45,597 nt of DNA from Candidatus Methylomirabilales bacterium. Its GTDB lineage: Bacteria > Methylomirabilota > Methylomirabilia > Methylomirabilales > CSP1-5. This document shows, in pieces, positions 9,355-19,490 of this stretch; the stretch's first letter is position 1; every line of letters starts with the position of its first letter. The DNA lies in the NCBI GenBank assembly GCA_046758505.1, contig JBHIAH010000015.1:1-45597 (forward strand), read 5' to 3'. The notes under the pieces are model-generated. The model was not told the DNA's origin, searched no databases, and was given only the letters and a program-made list of their open reading frames with translations. Position numbers and translations under genes: made by a program.

Positions 9355-10023
9355 ATGCGGAAGATCACACTCTTTTTTTTGTGGGGACTGTTGCTCTCGA
9401 TCATGCTCCCGGGATGGGCGACGGCGAGCGGGGCGAGAATCTATCGCCGGGTGGACGGCTCCGGCGTGACCCACTACAGCAACCTCCCGTCTCCTCGCGA
9501 GCTCACGCTCAGGGCCAGGCGCAGAGCAAACCCTGCTGGCTCTGGATTGTGGGCGTTGATCAGCCTTGCCGCCCATCGGCACGGGGTCGACCCGCGTCTG
9601 GTGGAGGCCATCATCGCGGTCGAATCGGACTTCGATCCCGGGGCGGTCTCGCCCAAGGGGGCCATGGGACTCATGCAACTCATGCCCGAGACGGCGCGCC
9701 GCTACGCGGTGCAGAACCCCTTCGATCCCCTGGAGAACATTGGCGGGGGGATCCGGTACCTCCGGGATCTGCTGTACCGGTTTCAAGGTGACCTCCGTGC
9801 GGCCCTTGCCGCCTACAATGCGGGGGAGACGGCGGTCACCGTACATCGGGGGATTCCTCCCTACCGAGAGACCCGCGAGTATGTCACCAAGGTCTTGCGG
9901 CGGTACCGCGGGCCCACCGGGCTGTTTTCCCGCCATGCACCTGTGTTCCGGGTATACCGTCTTCCCGGTCCCGGGGGACGATCCATGTATTCCAATGTCC
10001 CGCCCCGCCTTCCTCTCCGATAG
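9355..10023 (+). CDS. Lytic transglycosylase (SLT domain) with signal peptide
   Basis: AIIAVES, AVSPKGAMGLMQLMP, ALAAYNAG, ETREYV. Confidence 0.95.
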   Translation: MRKITLFFLWGLLLSIMLPGWATASGARIYRRVDGSGVTHYSNLPSPRELTLRARRRANPAGSGLWALISLAAHRHGVDPRLVEAIIAVESDFDPGAVSPKGAMGLMQLMPETARRYAVQNPFDPLENIGGGIRYLRDLLYRFQGDLRAALAAYNAGETAVTVHRGIPPYRETREYVTKVLRRYRGPTGLFSRHAPVFRVYRLPGPGGRSMYSNVPPRLPLR

Positions 10024-10055
10024 CCGAATCCATCGTGAGCACAGGAAGTTCGCGG

Positions 10056-10084
10056 TTGACAACGTGGACCGGGTAGAGTAGCAT
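10056..10084 (+). promoter_or_regulatory. Sigma70-like promoter of speE
   Basis: TTGACA - 17 bp - TAGCAT. Confidence 0.6.
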
Positions 10085-10122
10085 CGGTCCTGTTAAGTGC
10101 TCAATTTTTCAGGGTCCGGACG

Positions 10123-11001
10123 ATGACGGCACTTTCCCGGCATTACTATATCGACGAGATCGATCGCCATGAATTTCACGGATACGCCCTAGCCGGCTCT
10201 CTGTTCGTCGGGCAGACCAAGTTTCAGAGCATCGAGGTTCTCGAAAGCCCGAAGTTCGGGAAGATGCTGATCCTCAATGGCAAGATCCAGTCGGCGGCCC
10301 TGGATGAGCATATCTACCACGAGGCGCTCGTCCATCCGGCGATGCTCCTGCACCCAGGGCCCCGCCGGATTCTGATCCTCGGTGGGGGGGAGGGGGCTAC
10401 CCTTCGGGAGGTCCTCCGCTACCCCATGGTGGAGGAGGCCATCATGGTGGATCTGGACGAAGAGGTCGTCAGCCTCTGCCGCAGGTATCTGCCGGAATGG
10501 TCGGCGAGGGCGTTCGAGGACCCCCGGGTGACCCTCGTGTGTGAGGACGCCCGTGAATTCCTCGAGCGACCGATCGGTTGCTTCGATGTGGTCATTCAGG
10601 ACATCACCGATCCGGTGAGCATGGACTTCGGAGAGGCGTACTACCGCGCCATGCAAGAGCGGTTGGCCGAGGGGGGGATCCTGGCCATGCAGGCCCTGGA
10701 ACTGAACCTGGCGGATTTTTCGGGGCACCTCAAGATACGGCAGGAGGTGGAGAAGGTCTTTGCTCGCCTCCTCTCGTACCGGGCCTACGTCCCTTCCTTT
10801 CGGGCCGATTGGGGGTTTCTACTGGCGAGTGCCGCAGAGCCGCTCGACCCCAAGGCCGGCGGGGTCTTGGAGACCCGGTTCAGCGAACGATTGGGACGCG
10901 GGGCCGGACTGCGCTTTTACGGACCGGCGGTGCATAGAGCGCTGTGCACGCTCTCGCATGAGCTTGCCCGCCTGATCGGCCAGAAAGCCGGGGGACCCTG
11001 A
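10123..11001 (+). CDS. speE: Polyamine aminopropyltransferase (spermidine synthase family)
   Basis: YHEALVHPAM, LILGGGEGATLREVL, VDLDEEVV, FDVVIQDITDP. Confidence 0.9.
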   Translation: MTALSRHYYIDEIDRHEFHGYALAGSLFVGQTKFQSIEVLESPKFGKMLILNGKIQSAALDEHIYHEALVHPAMLLHPGPRRILILGGGEGATLREVLRYPMVEEAIMVDLDEEVVSLCRRYLPEWSARAFEDPRVTLVCEDAREFLERPIGCFDVVIQDITDPVSMDFGEAYYRAMQERLAEGGILAMQALELNLADFSGHLKIRQEVEKVFARLLSYRAYVPSFRADWGFLLASAAEPLDPKAGGVLETRFSERLGRGAGLRFYGPAVHRALCTLSHELARLIGQKAGGP

Positions 11002-11027
11002 TGCGTGAGCAAATAAAGCTTTCGCCC

Positions 11028-11128
11028 ATCAGCTATCAACTCATTTCGAATTTGGAAATCCAGGGGCTTTCCTCTCAAATTCCAAATCCGAAATACTTCA
11101 TGCTGACAGCTGATTGCCGACAGCTGAC
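11028..11128. repeat. Nested inverted 7-mer repeat element
   Basis: TCAGCTATCA...ATTTCGAATTTGGAA...TTCCAAATCCGAAAT...TGACAGCTGA, followed by further GCTGAY/GCCGAC 7-mers. Confidence 0.65.
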
Positions 11129-11154
11129 CGCGGAGTCTTGAGGGGGAGGAGACG

Positions 11155-12426
11155 GTGAAGCGACTGCGTGACGTAGATCCGGAGATCGCCGAGGCGATTC
11201 GGCTGGAGACGGAGCGGCAGGCCCACGGACTGGAACTCATCGCCTCGGAGAACTTCGTGAGTGAGGCGGTGATGGAGGCGGCCGGCTCCGTCATGACGAA
11301 TAAGTACGCGGAAGGGTATCCGGGCCGACGGTATTACGGCGGCTGCGAGTTTGTCGACCAGGCCGAGGCGTTGGCGATCGACCGGGCCAAGGCACTGTTC
11401 GGTGCCGCGCATGTCAATGTCCAGCCGCATTCCGGCACCCAGGCCAACATGGCGGTCTACTTCTCGGTCCTGCAGCCGGGAGACACCATCATGGGGCTCA
11501 ATTTGGCACACGGGGGCCATTTGAGCCACGGGAGCCCGGTGAACTTCTCGGGCCGTTTCTTCCGCGTCATCTCCTATGGGGTGCATCCCGAGACGGAGCA
11601 GATCGACTTCGCGCAAGTCGAGCGGTTGGCCCGGGAGCACAAACCGAGGATGATCGTGGTCGGGGGGAGTGCCTATCCCCGGACGCTTGATTTTGCCACC
11701 TTCAAAGAGATCGCAAAGGCGGTCGGGGCGATCCTCATGGCTGATATCGCGCATCCCGCCGGACTCATCGCCGCCAATGTGCATCCGTCTCCGATTCCCT
11801 ACGCCGAGTTCGTTACCAGCACCACCCACAAGACCCTCCGGGGCCCCAGGGGGGGGCTGATCATGTGTCAGGAGGAGTATGCAGCGGTTCTCAATAAGAA
11901 CCTCTTCCCTGGCTTCCAGGGCGGTCCCCTGATGCACATTATCGCCGCCAAGGCGGTGGCCTTCAAAGAGGCGTTGAGTGAGGAGTTCCGCACGTACCAA
12001 CGCCAGATCCAGCGAAACGCGGCCACGCTCGCCGAGGAGCTCAGCCGCCTGGGCTTTCGCCTGGTCGCGGGGGGGACGGATACCCACCTGATGCTGGTGG
12101 ACCTCAGGCCACAGGGGTTGACCGGCAAGGTGGCGGAGGCGGCGCTAGAGCAGGCAGGAATCACCGTGAACAAAAATGCCATCCCCTTTGATCCGGAGAA
12201 GCCCGCGGTGACGAGCGGCATCCGGATCGGGACACCGGCCGTGGCGACGCGGGGGATGCGCGAGGAAGAGATGCGTCTTATCGGTCAGCTCATCGCGGAG
12301 GTCCTCCAGGATGTGACTGATGCGGGGCGGCAGGGGCGGGTTCGGGGAAAGGTCCGGGAGCTGTGCCAGCAGTTCCCGTTGTACCCCGGACGGTTCGGAC
12401 AGAAAGCGGGGGAGCGGTCCTCGTGA
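11155..12426 (+). CDS. glyA: Serine hydroxymethyltransferase
   Basis: [45 protein letters not shown]. Confidence 0.99.
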   Translation: MKRLRDVDPEIAEAIRLETERQAHGLELIASENFVSEAVMEAAGSVMTNKYAEGYPGRRYYGGCEFVDQAEALAIDRAKALFGAAHVNVQPHSGTQANMAVYFSVLQPGDTIMGLNLAHGGHLSHGSPVNFSGRFFRVISYGVHPETEQIDFAQVERLAREHKPRMIVVGGSAYPRTLDFATFKEIAKAVGAILMADIAHPAGLIAANVHPSPIPYAEFVTSTTHKTLRGPRGGLIMCQEEYAAVLNKNLFPGFQGGPLMHIIAAKAVAFKEALSEEFRTYQRQIQRNAATLAEELSRLGFRLVAGGTDTHLMLVDLRPQGLTGKVAEAALEQAGITVNKNAIPFDPEKPAVTSGIRIGTPAVATRGMREEEMRLIGQLIAEVLQDVTDAGRQGRVRGKVRELCQQFPLYPGRFGQKAGERSS

Positions 12427-12899
12427 GGTGTCCCTTTTGTGGCCAGATCGAGGAGAAGGTCGTCGACTCCCGGGAGGCCCGTGACGGGGAAGTGATCCGG
12501 CGGCGCCGGGAGTGCCTGCAGTGCGGGCGGCGGTTCACCACCTACGAGCGGATCGAGGAAATTCAGTTCATGGTGGTGAAAAAGGATGGCCGCCGGGAAC
12601 CCTTTGTTCGCAACAAGATTCTGAGCGGTCTGCTCAAGGCCACCCAGAAAAGACCGGTCAGCGTGGCAGAGCTCGAAAAGATCACGGACGAGGTAGAGGC
12701 CTGCCTCATGGAGAAACCGGAACGGGAGATGGCCTCGAACGAGATTGGCACGATGATCATGAACCGCCTCTACGAATTGGACGAGGTCGCCTACGTCCGG
12801 TTCGCCTCGGTCTACCGCCAGTTCAAGGACGTCAACGAGTTTGTGGAAGAGGTGAAGGGGCTGCTGGGGACCACCGAGCGGCGGCCCCGGCGCACGTAG
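12423..12899 (+). CDS. nrdR: Transcriptional repressor NrdR
   Basis: CPFC, KVVDSR, IRRRREC..CG.RFTTYE, ATP cone, [13 protein letters not shown] overlaps glyA stop. Confidence 0.97.
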   Translation: MRCPFCGQIEEKVVDSREARDGEVIRRRRECLQCGRRFTTYERIEEIQFMVVKKDGRREPFVRNKILSGLLKATQKRPVSVAELEKITDEVEACLMEKPEREMASNEIGTMIMNRLYELDEVAYVRFASVYRQFKDVNEFVEEVKGLLGTTERRPRRT

Positions 12900-13063
12900 G
12901 CTTTCGGGTAGTGGGTTTTAGGTGTTAGGTGTTGGCCTACGGACATCCGACCTTGAGCCATGGGTGATGCTTCATTGACTGCCACCCCCGGCCGGAGAGC
13001 TCGCAATTCAGGCATCAGACCTAACCCCCAAAACGTGGACGGTGGACGTCGGAGGTTGGACTC
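12900..13063. repeat. 7-mer periodic intergenic tract
   Basis: TTAGGTG TTAGGTG TTGG with complementary CCTAA arm; GTGGACG GTGGACG TCGGAGG TTGGACT. Confidence 0.55.
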
Positions 13064-13069
13064 ACTGCT

Positions 13070-13885
13070 ATGGACGTGACCCTCTTCTTCGGCGCCCTGG
13101 CGCTCTATGTCGTCGGGACCCTCGCCTACCTCTTGCTCCTCGCGGTGAAGGGGGGTCCTCTCGCCCGGCTCGCCACTGCCGCGACGGTGGGCGGCTTTCT
13201 CCTCCACACTGCCGCCCTGCTCCTCCGGCTATACGCCGCCGGCCGCCCCCCCCCGACCAACCCCTATGAGGCCCTCTCCGTTTTTGCATGGGCCACGGTC
13301 ATGGTCTATCTCGCCCTCGAGTTCCGCTTCCAACGGAAGATCATGGGGGCCTTCGTCCTTCCGATCGTGCTTCTGACCACGGTCGCCGCGGCAACCATGC
13401 CCAAGGGTGCCGCGGGCGGGGACGCAGCGCTGCAGCATCCGGGGATCTGGCTGCATGTCACCTTCGTCCTGCTCGGGCATGCCGCGCTCGCCTTCACCGG
13501 CGGCGTTGGGCTGATGTATCTCCTTCAAGAGCGACAGCTCAAGTCGAAAAGTTTCGGCGTGCTGTATCATCGGCTCCCCTCGCTCGACTTTCTGGATGGG
13601 CTCGGGCACCGGGCGCTCCTCGTCGGCTTTCCCCTGCTCACCGCGGGCCTCCTCCTCGGGGCGCTCCAGGCTCAGGCAGCTTGGGGGCGGCTCCTAACCT
13701 GGGACCCGACCCAAATCCTCTCCCTGCTCGCCTGGGGGCTCTATGCGGGGCTCTTGCAGGCCCGACTCACCGCCGGGTGGCGGGGCCGGAAGGCGGCGCT
13801 CCTCGCCGTCGTCGGCTTCGGCGCACTCCTGGTCACGATTGTGGGGGTCAGCGTTTTCCTCGGCCGTCCTCACGGGGGCGCCTGA
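13070..13885 (+). CDS. CcsA/HemX-like cytochrome c assembly / heme export membrane protein
   Basis: Multi-TM protein, MYLLQERQLK, LPSL..LD, GFPLLT, WG....WDP tryptophan-rich motif, GWRGRKAA; directly upstream of hemA. Confidence 0.88.
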   Translation: MDVTLFFGALALYVVGTLAYLLLLAVKGGPLARLATAATVGGFLLHTAALLLRLYAAGRPPPTNPYEALSVFAWATVMVYLALEFRFQRKIMGAFVLPIVLLTTVAAATMPKGAAGGDAALQHPGIWLHVTFVLLGHAALAFTGGVGLMYLLQERQLKSKSFGVLYHRLPSLDFLDGLGHRALLVGFPLLTAGLLLGALQAQAAWGRLLTWDPTQILSLLAWGLYAGLLQARLTAGWRGRKAALLAVVGFGALLVTIVGVSVFLGRPHGGA

Positions 13886-13888
13886 GCG

Positions 13889-15163
13889 ATGGTGATCCTC
13901 ACGGTCGGCCTCAACCACACCACCGCCCCGGTGGCGATCCGGGAGCGGCTGCACCTCTCCGAGGCGGCCCTCCCGGGGGTGCTGGCGCAGCTCGGCCAGG
14001 AGGCGCCGGTCGCGGAGCGGCTGGTGCTGTCGACCTGTAACCGGGTCGAGGTCTACGCCGTCACCGACGCCCCCGCCGAGGCCCAGGCCGCCATCCCCAA
14101 AGTCTTAGCGGCCGGGACCGCGACCCCCCTCCCCCTCTTCCAGGCGCAGCTCTACCACCACGAGCAAGAGGCGGCCGTCCGCCACGCCTTCCGGGTGGCC
14201 GCGAGCCTCGACTCCCTCGTCCTCGGGGAATCGCAGATCGTCCACCAGGTCAAGACCGCCTACGAGGTGGCCCGGACGGCCGCGGCGACCGGCCCCATCC
14301 TGAACACCTTGATGACCCGGGCCCTCGGGGTGGCCAAGAAGGTCCGGACCGAGACCGGGATTGGCGAATCCCCCGTCTCGGTCCCCGCGGCCGCCATCGG
14401 GCTCGCCAAGACGATCTTCGGGGAGCTCACCGGCCGCCGGGTCCTCATCCTGGGGGCGGGGGAGATGGCGGAGCTCGCCGCCCGGCACCTCCAGCACGAA
14501 GGGGTCCAGGCGGTCCTGGTCGCCCACCGCCACTTCGCCCGGGCCGCCGAGGTGGCCGCCCACCTCCAGGGCCGGGCGGTCCGCTTCGAGCAGCTCCGGG
14601 CCGAGCTGCGCCAGGCCGATATCGTGATCAGCTCCACCGCCGCCCCCCATTACCTCCTCCACCGGGCCGATGTGGCCGAGCTCATCCGCCTCCGGAAGAA
14701 CCGCCCCCTCTGCCTCCTCGACATCGCCGTCCCCCGGGACATCGACCCGGCGGTCCACGCCATCGATAACGTCTACCTCTACGACATCGATGACCTCGAG
14801 GGGGTGGTGACGGCGCATCGGGCGGCCCGGCAGCGGGAGGCGCAGCAGGCCGAGCTCTTGATCGAGCGGGAGGTGGCGAGCTTTCAGCGGTGGCTCCAGA
14901 GCCTCGCGGTCGTCCCGACCCTCGTGACGCTCCGGCGGCAGTTGGAGGCCATCCGGGAGGCCGAGCTTGCCAAGGCGCTCGGCCGGCTCCCGGACCTCAC
15001 CCCGGCCGAGCAGGAGGTGGTGCGGAGCCTGGCCCACGGCATCATCAACAAGATCCTGCACCACCCCACCACGGAGCTCAAGCGGCAGTCGGCCGACCGG
15101 GAGAGCCACCTGTATGTGAGTGCCCTCCGTCGCCTCTTCGGCCTGCACGACGACGACCGGTGA
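13889..15163 (+). CDS. hemA: Glutamyl-tRNA reductase
   Basis: GLNHTTAPV.IRE, LSTCNRVE, SLDSLVLGESQI, GAGEM, DIAVPRDI. Confidence 0.98.
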   Translation: MVILTVGLNHTTAPVAIRERLHLSEAALPGVLAQLGQEAPVAERLVLSTCNRVEVYAVTDAPAEAQAAIPKVLAAGTATPLPLFQAQLYHHEQEAAVRHAFRVAASLDSLVLGESQIVHQVKTAYEVARTAAATGPILNTLMTRALGVAKKVRTETGIGESPVSVPAAAIGLAKTIFGELTGRRVLILGAGEMAELAARHLQHEGVQAVLVAHRHFARAAEVAAHLQGRAVRFEQLRAELRQADIVISSTAAPHYLLHRADVAELIRLRKNRPLCLLDIAVPRDIDPAVHAIDNVYLYDIDDLEGVVTAHRAARQREAQQAELLIEREVASFQRWLQSLAVVPTLVTLRRQLEAIREAELAKALGRLPDLTPAEQEVVRSLAHGIINKILHHPTTELKRQSADRESHLYVSALRRLFGLHDDDR

Positions 15164-15318
15164 ATGATGACTGATGACCGACGACCGATGACCGACCAAT
15201 GTCGAATTGCGGATTGCGGATTTCTCTAAGCTGTGAGTCATGAACCATGAACCCTGAACGATGAACCGCAACGGACCCTGAACCGTGGCCTTGGACTTTG
15301 GACGTTGGACTGTGAACG
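15164..15318. repeat. Composite 7-mer tandem tract
   Basis: Blocks of GATGACY/GACGACC, ATTGCGG, TGAACCN and TTGGACN units. Confidence 0.75.
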
Positions 15319-16269
15319 ATGAGGCGTGAACTGCGGATAGGGACCAGGGGGAGCCTTCTGGCCGTCACTCAGGCGGAGCACGTTGCCGCCGAGATGACGC
15401 GCAGATACTCGGAGCTCGCACCGGTACTGGTGAAGATCAAGACCAGCGGTGATAAGTTTGCCCACATCCCCCTCTCCCGCGTGGGGGGGAAGGGGCTCTT
15501 CATCAAGGAGATCGAGGAGGCCCTGCAGCAGGACCAGGTCGATATGGCGGTCCACAGCATGAAAGACGTCCCGACCGAGATCGCCTCGGGTCTCACCGTT
15601 GCTGCCGTTCTCGAGCGGAGAGACCCGTCGGATGCCCTCATCTCCCGCCGGGGGGAGAAACTGGATGCCCTGCCGGCCGGTGCGAGGATCGGGACCAGCA
15701 GCCTGAGGCGGCAGGCGCAGTTGTTGCATTATCGGCCTGACCTGACGGTGGTCCCCCTCCGAGGGAATCTGGATACCCGGCTTCGGAAGCTCGCCACCGA
15801 GGAGCTGGACGCGGTACTTGTTGCGGCGGCCGGGCTGGTCCGCCTCGGCCGACACGAGGAGATTACGGAGATTCTCCCCGTAGAAGTCAGCCTTCCTGCC
15901 GTGGGCCAAGGGGCCTTGGGCCTCGAGATCCGGGCGTCGGACCGGAACACGCACGATCTGCTCGCACCGATGAGCCACCGACCGAGTGCCTTGACGGTTG
16001 CCACCGAGCGGGCCTTTCTGACGCGGTTGGGGGGGGGATGTCAGGTCCCCATTGCCGCGTATGCAGAGCTCGACGGGAACCAGCTGCATCTGAGGGCGCT
16101 CGTGAGCAGTCCCGACGGCACGGGAATGGTCCGCGGGGAGCACAAGGGATCGTGCGCTCATGCAGATGAGATCGGGATCGCCCTTGCGGAAGAGCTGTTG
16201 CGACGGGGGGGAGACCGCATCCTTCGGGAGCTGTCCGGTGTACCCTTCGAACCCCCGGCTGCTCCCTGA
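15319..16269 (+). CDS. hemC: Hydroxymethylbilane synthase
   Basis: IGTRGSLLA, GGKGLFIKE, AVHSMKD, GTSSLRR, RGNLDTRLRKL, GGCQVP. Confidence 0.98.
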   Translation: MRRELRIGTRGSLLAVTQAEHVAAEMTRRYSELAPVLVKIKTSGDKFAHIPLSRVGGKGLFIKEIEEALQQDQVDMAVHSMKDVPTEIASGLTVAAVLERRDPSDALISRRGEKLDALPAGARIGTSSLRRQAQLLHYRPDLTVVPLRGNLDTRLRKLATEELDAVLVAAAGLVRLGRHEEITEILPVEVSLPAVGQGALGLEIRASDRNTHDLLAPMSHRPSALTVATERAFLTRLGGGCQVPIAAYAELDGNQLHLRALVSSPDGTGMVRGEHKGSCAHADEIGIALAEELLRRGGDRILRELSGVPFEPPAAP

Positions 16270-16271
16270 GG

Positions 16272-16402
16272 CGATGACCGCTGACCGACGGTGAGCGTCC
16301 AATGTCCAACGTCAAGGTGCCGCTAGCCGCGTGCCAAGGTCCGCCGGCGGACTTTGGGCGTTGGACTTTGGACCCCGAACGGTGAACTATGAACCGTGAA
16401 CC
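16272..16402. repeat. Composite 7-mer tract with inverted arms
   Basis: GTCCAAT GTCCAAC versus TTGGGCG TTGGACT TTGGACC; TGAAC-type units run into the cobA start. Confidence 0.7.
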
Positions 16403-17939
16403 GACCGGCAAGGTGTACCTGGTGGGGGCTGGCCCGGGTGATCCCGGGCTCTTGACCCTGAAGGGGAAGCGCTGCCTGGAACGGGCCGAGGTGATCGTGT
16501 ACGACTACCTGGCGAATGACCGCCTTCTCGACCACGCTCCTCCGGACGCCGAGCGGATCTATGTGGGGAGGCGGGAGGATGAGCATCGCCTGGCCCAGGA
16601 GGAGATCAATCGTCTCGTGATCGAGCGGGCCCGCCGGGGCCAGGTGGTGGTCCGCCTCAAAGGGGGGGATCCTTTTATCTTCGGCAGAGGGGGGGAAGAG
16701 GCAGAGGCATTAGTTGAGGCGGGGATTCCCTACGAGGTTGTGCCAGGTGTCACCTCGGCTATCTCGGTTCCCGCGTACGCCGGGATCCCCCTCACCCACC
16801 GCGATCTGACCTCCAGCGTGGCGTTTGTCGCCGGCCGCCCAGCCAGGGAGGGACCGGGGATCGATTGGCGGGCCCTCGCCGGCATGGGCACGGTTGTTTT
16901 CCTCATGGGCGTCAGCCGGCTCCCCGAGATCGTGGCACGGCTCGTAGAGCAGGGACGGGCCCCCGAGACGCCGGTGGCGGTCATCCGGTTGGGTACGTGG
17001 CCGCTGCAACAGACGGTCATGGGAACACTGCGCGATATTGTGCAGAGGGCCCAAGCCGTTCGCCCGCCGGCCGTAATCGTCGTGGGAGAGGTCGTGTGGC
17101 TCCGCGATCGCCTCAGGTGGTACGAGGAGAAGCCCCTCTTTGGCCGACGAATCGTCGTCACCCGCGCTCGAGAGCAACAGGGGGATTTTGCCGACCTCCT
17201 GGAAGGCTACGGGGCAGAGGTCATCGAGTGCCCGACCATCGCCATCCTGCCGCCGGAGGACTGGAGGCCTCTGGATCAAGGTCTCGAACGCATCGGCAGC
17301 TATCACTGGGTGGTCTTTACCAGCGCCAACGGGGTTCGCCGCTTTATCGGGCGGCTTCGGGAGCGAGGGGGTGACCTGCGGGACCTTCACGGCGTCCGGG
17401 TGGCCGCCATCGGTCCGGCCACGGCCGCCGCTTTGCAGGAGGCGGGACTCCGCCCCGACCTGGTCCCCGATGAATACCGCGCCGAGGCGATCCTGAAGAC
17501 ACTGGATGGCGACCTCACCGGGGTGCGCTTCCTGATCCCCAGGGCGGCCAAGGCGCGGGAGGTTTTGCCCGCCGGGCTTCGGGAGCGGGGAGCCCAGGTC
17601 GAGGTCGTGCCCGCCTATCGAACGGTGCGCGTGGCCGATCGGACCGGAGCGGTTCTCGATCGCCTGCGGGCCGGACAGGTTGATGCGGTAACCTTCACCA
17701 GCTCCTCGACCGTGGTGAGCTTTGTCGACATGTTTCGCGGGGAGGATCTGCCCGCCCTTCTCAAGGACGTGGTCGTTGCCTGTATCGGGCCGATCACCGC
17801 CGAGACGGCTGCCCACTACGGGCTTGTCGTGGACCTCGTCCCGTCCGCGTTTACCGTCCCGAGCCTCGCCGAGGCGCTGGTCGGCCACTTCGGGCATCGC
17901 ACGCCGCCGCGGAGGCCAGAGACGGATGTGGCGAGTTGA
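16389..17939 (+). CDS. cobA: Fused uroporphyrinogen-III C-methyltransferase / synthase (CobA-HemD)
   Basis: LVGAGPGDPGLLT, RLKGGDPFIFGRGGEE; C-terminal VVTRA, FTSANGV, FTSSSTV, CIGPIT. Confidence 0.96.
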   Translation: MNREPTGKVYLVGAGPGDPGLLTLKGKRCLERAEVIVYDYLANDRLLDHAPPDAERIYVGRREDEHRLAQEEINRLVIERARRGQVVVRLKGGDPFIFGRGGEEAEALVEAGIPYEVVPGVTSAISVPAYAGIPLTHRDLTSSVAFVAGRPAREGPGIDWRALAGMGTVVFLMGVSRLPEIVARLVEQGRAPETPVAVIRLGTWPLQQTVMGTLRDIVQRAQAVRPPAVIVVGEVVWLRDRLRWYEEKPLFGRRIVVTRAREQQGDFADLLEGYGAEVIECPTIAILPPEDWRPLDQGLERIGSYHWVVFTSANGVRRFIGRLRERGGDLRDLHGVRVAAIGPATAAALQEAGLRPDLVPDEYRAEAILKTLDGDLTGVRFLIPRAAKAREVLPAGLRERGAQVEVVPAYRTVRVADRTGAVLDRLRAGQVDAVTFTSSSTVVSFVDMFRGEDLPALLKDVVVACIGPITAETAAHYGLVVDLVPSAFTVPSLAEALVGHFGHRTPPRRPETDVAS

Positions 17940-18087
17940 GTTGCGTTACATTTTGTCCCTTGCATCTCCCTCACTTTCATGCCAGCATAAGAAAACGGAT
18001 TGTCCTTGATTTTGGGGACGGAACCGCCAGCGGACAGAGGAGGGATGGCTCCTGGCGAAGAAACCGGGAGGAACGACTGCGCTTGTC

Positions 18088-18321
18088 GTGATTCTCATCC
18101 TGGGGGCGCTCATCGGTGCGGCCCTGGGAGAACTGACCGCGTACCTCCTTCCGGGCGGCATTCTCGAGCGGATCTTTTCGCGAGGGATCACTCCAGGCCT
18201 TCAGCCTCCCGCCACCCTCGACCTCAAGATTCTTTCTCTCACCTTCGGTTTCACCGTCCGCATCAATCTGGCGTCGCTGTTCGGGCTTCTGCTGGGTGCT
18301 TATCTCTACAAACAGCTGTGA
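18088..18321 (+). CDS. Small membrane protein, DUF4321-like
   Basis: LGALIGAALGE...PATLDLKILSLTFGF.VRINLAS; true start may lie slightly upstream. Confidence 0.7.
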   Translation: MILILGALIGAALGELTAYLLPGGILERIFSRGITPGLQPPATLDLKILSLTFGFTVRINLASLFGLLLGAYLYKQL

Positions 18322-18400
18322 TTCCTGTTGACACCTCCGGGGCCCTATGGCATGTTTCTGCCGATTCCTCTCGAACGAGTGCCGAGAGCACGTGTGAGGC

Positions 18401-18985
18401 ATGGGAACGGCAGGCCAGGAGTTGATTCTGGCCATTACGGGGGCCAGCGGGGCCGCCATCGGGGTTCGCCTCTTGGAGGCGCTGGCGGACCGGGGGGAGG
18501 AGGTGCATCTGCTCGTCTCGCCGGGTGCGGAAACGGTGATCCAGGAGGAGACGGGGCGGCCGATCGGGGATCTCAAGGCGCGGGCGACCTTTTATCACGC
18601 TTCCAACGATCTGGCGGCGCCCCTCGCGAGTGGTTCCTATATCTCGCCACATGTCCGGGCCATGATCGTCGCACCCTGCTCTATGAAGACGCTGTCGGCC
18701 ATCGCGTCAGGCTTTACTGAAAACCTGATCAGCCGGGCGGCGGATGTGATCCTCAAGGAGGGGAAGCGTCTCGTCCTCATCCCGCGGGAGAGTCCGCTCA
18801 ATGCGATCCATCTGGAAAACATGTTGCGTCTGGCCCGCCTGGGTGTCGCGATCGTCCCTCCCCTCCCTCCTTTTTATCAGCACCCCGCCACGGTGCCCGA
18901 GCTGCTGGACCAGATTGTTGGCCGGATCCTGGATCAGGTCGGGCTGCACACGGACCTCACGCGGCGATGGTCCGGGCGTCCGTGA
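18401..18985 (+). CDS. ubiX: Flavin prenyltransferase
   Basis: AITGASG, ASGS, APCSMKTL, RAADVILKE, PRESPL...HLENM. Confidence 0.96.
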   Translation: MGTAGQELILAITGASGAAIGVRLLEALADRGEEVHLLVSPGAETVIQEETGRPIGDLKARATFYHASNDLAAPLASGSYISPHVRAMIVAPCSMKTLSAIASGFTENLISRAADVILKEGKRLVLIPRESPLNAIHLENMLRLARLGVAIVPPLPPFYQHPATVPELLDQIVGRILDQVGLHTDLTRRWSGRP

Positions 18986-18990
18986 GGCAC

Positions 18991-19254
18991 TCAACGCCCC
19001 TCCTCCTCCGCGAATTTTCCCGCTTGGATGTCCGCAATCATTTGGCGGTGCTGCCGGGCCATGAGGGTTCGCACCGCCTGTGGGGAAGGGGTGGGGCCGA
19101 GGAGTTCTCGGTAGTCGGTCTTGATCCGGGCGACAATGGCGCCCCCGCGGTAAGCCAAGGTGAGGATGTGGGGATCGTTCTCCCCCAGATCTTCAGACTG
19201 GACATGATACGTCTGCTGGCGGCAAGAGAAGTTGGTATTGAAGCCAGGGATCAT
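18991..19254 (-). CDS. Conserved hypothetical protein
   Basis: MIPGFNTN...YHVQSED.G...TL.Y.GG.I...M..QH..MI pattern resembles a recurrent small domain of unknown function. Confidence 0.75.
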   Translation of the reverse strand: MIPGFNTNFSCRQQTYHVQSEDLGENDPHILTLAYRGGAIVARIKTDYRELLGPTPSPQAVRTLMARQHRQMIADIQAGKFAEEEGR

Positions 19255-19490
19255 CGCGCGCCCCCCCCGATGAGAGTCGGCCATCGCTCGCGGCACGCAG
19301 CTTACCACAGAACGCGACGGCGTCGCTAGTCCTTCGGTTCATAGGTTCGATGACTAACGAATTCAGACTGCGACGTCGTGCTGAGTGAGCCAGGGTGTTC
19401 GCCACCCGGGGCGGAATACGCCACAGCATTTCCGAATCGATGCACTCGTTGGAATCGCGCGCGAGACTTGCGTTCCCTGGGGAGGATCTG

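Noticed and set aside
15164..16402. Repeat tracts as possible CRISPR arrays
   Set aside because: Units are 7 nt, degenerate and contiguous, with no unique spacers and no cas genes
13070..17939. Heme genes as part of one system with the CxxCH pilin
   Set aside because: ccsA-like-hemA-hemC-cobA/hemD is a common housekeeping arrangement about 18 kb away; proximity is not evidence of linkage
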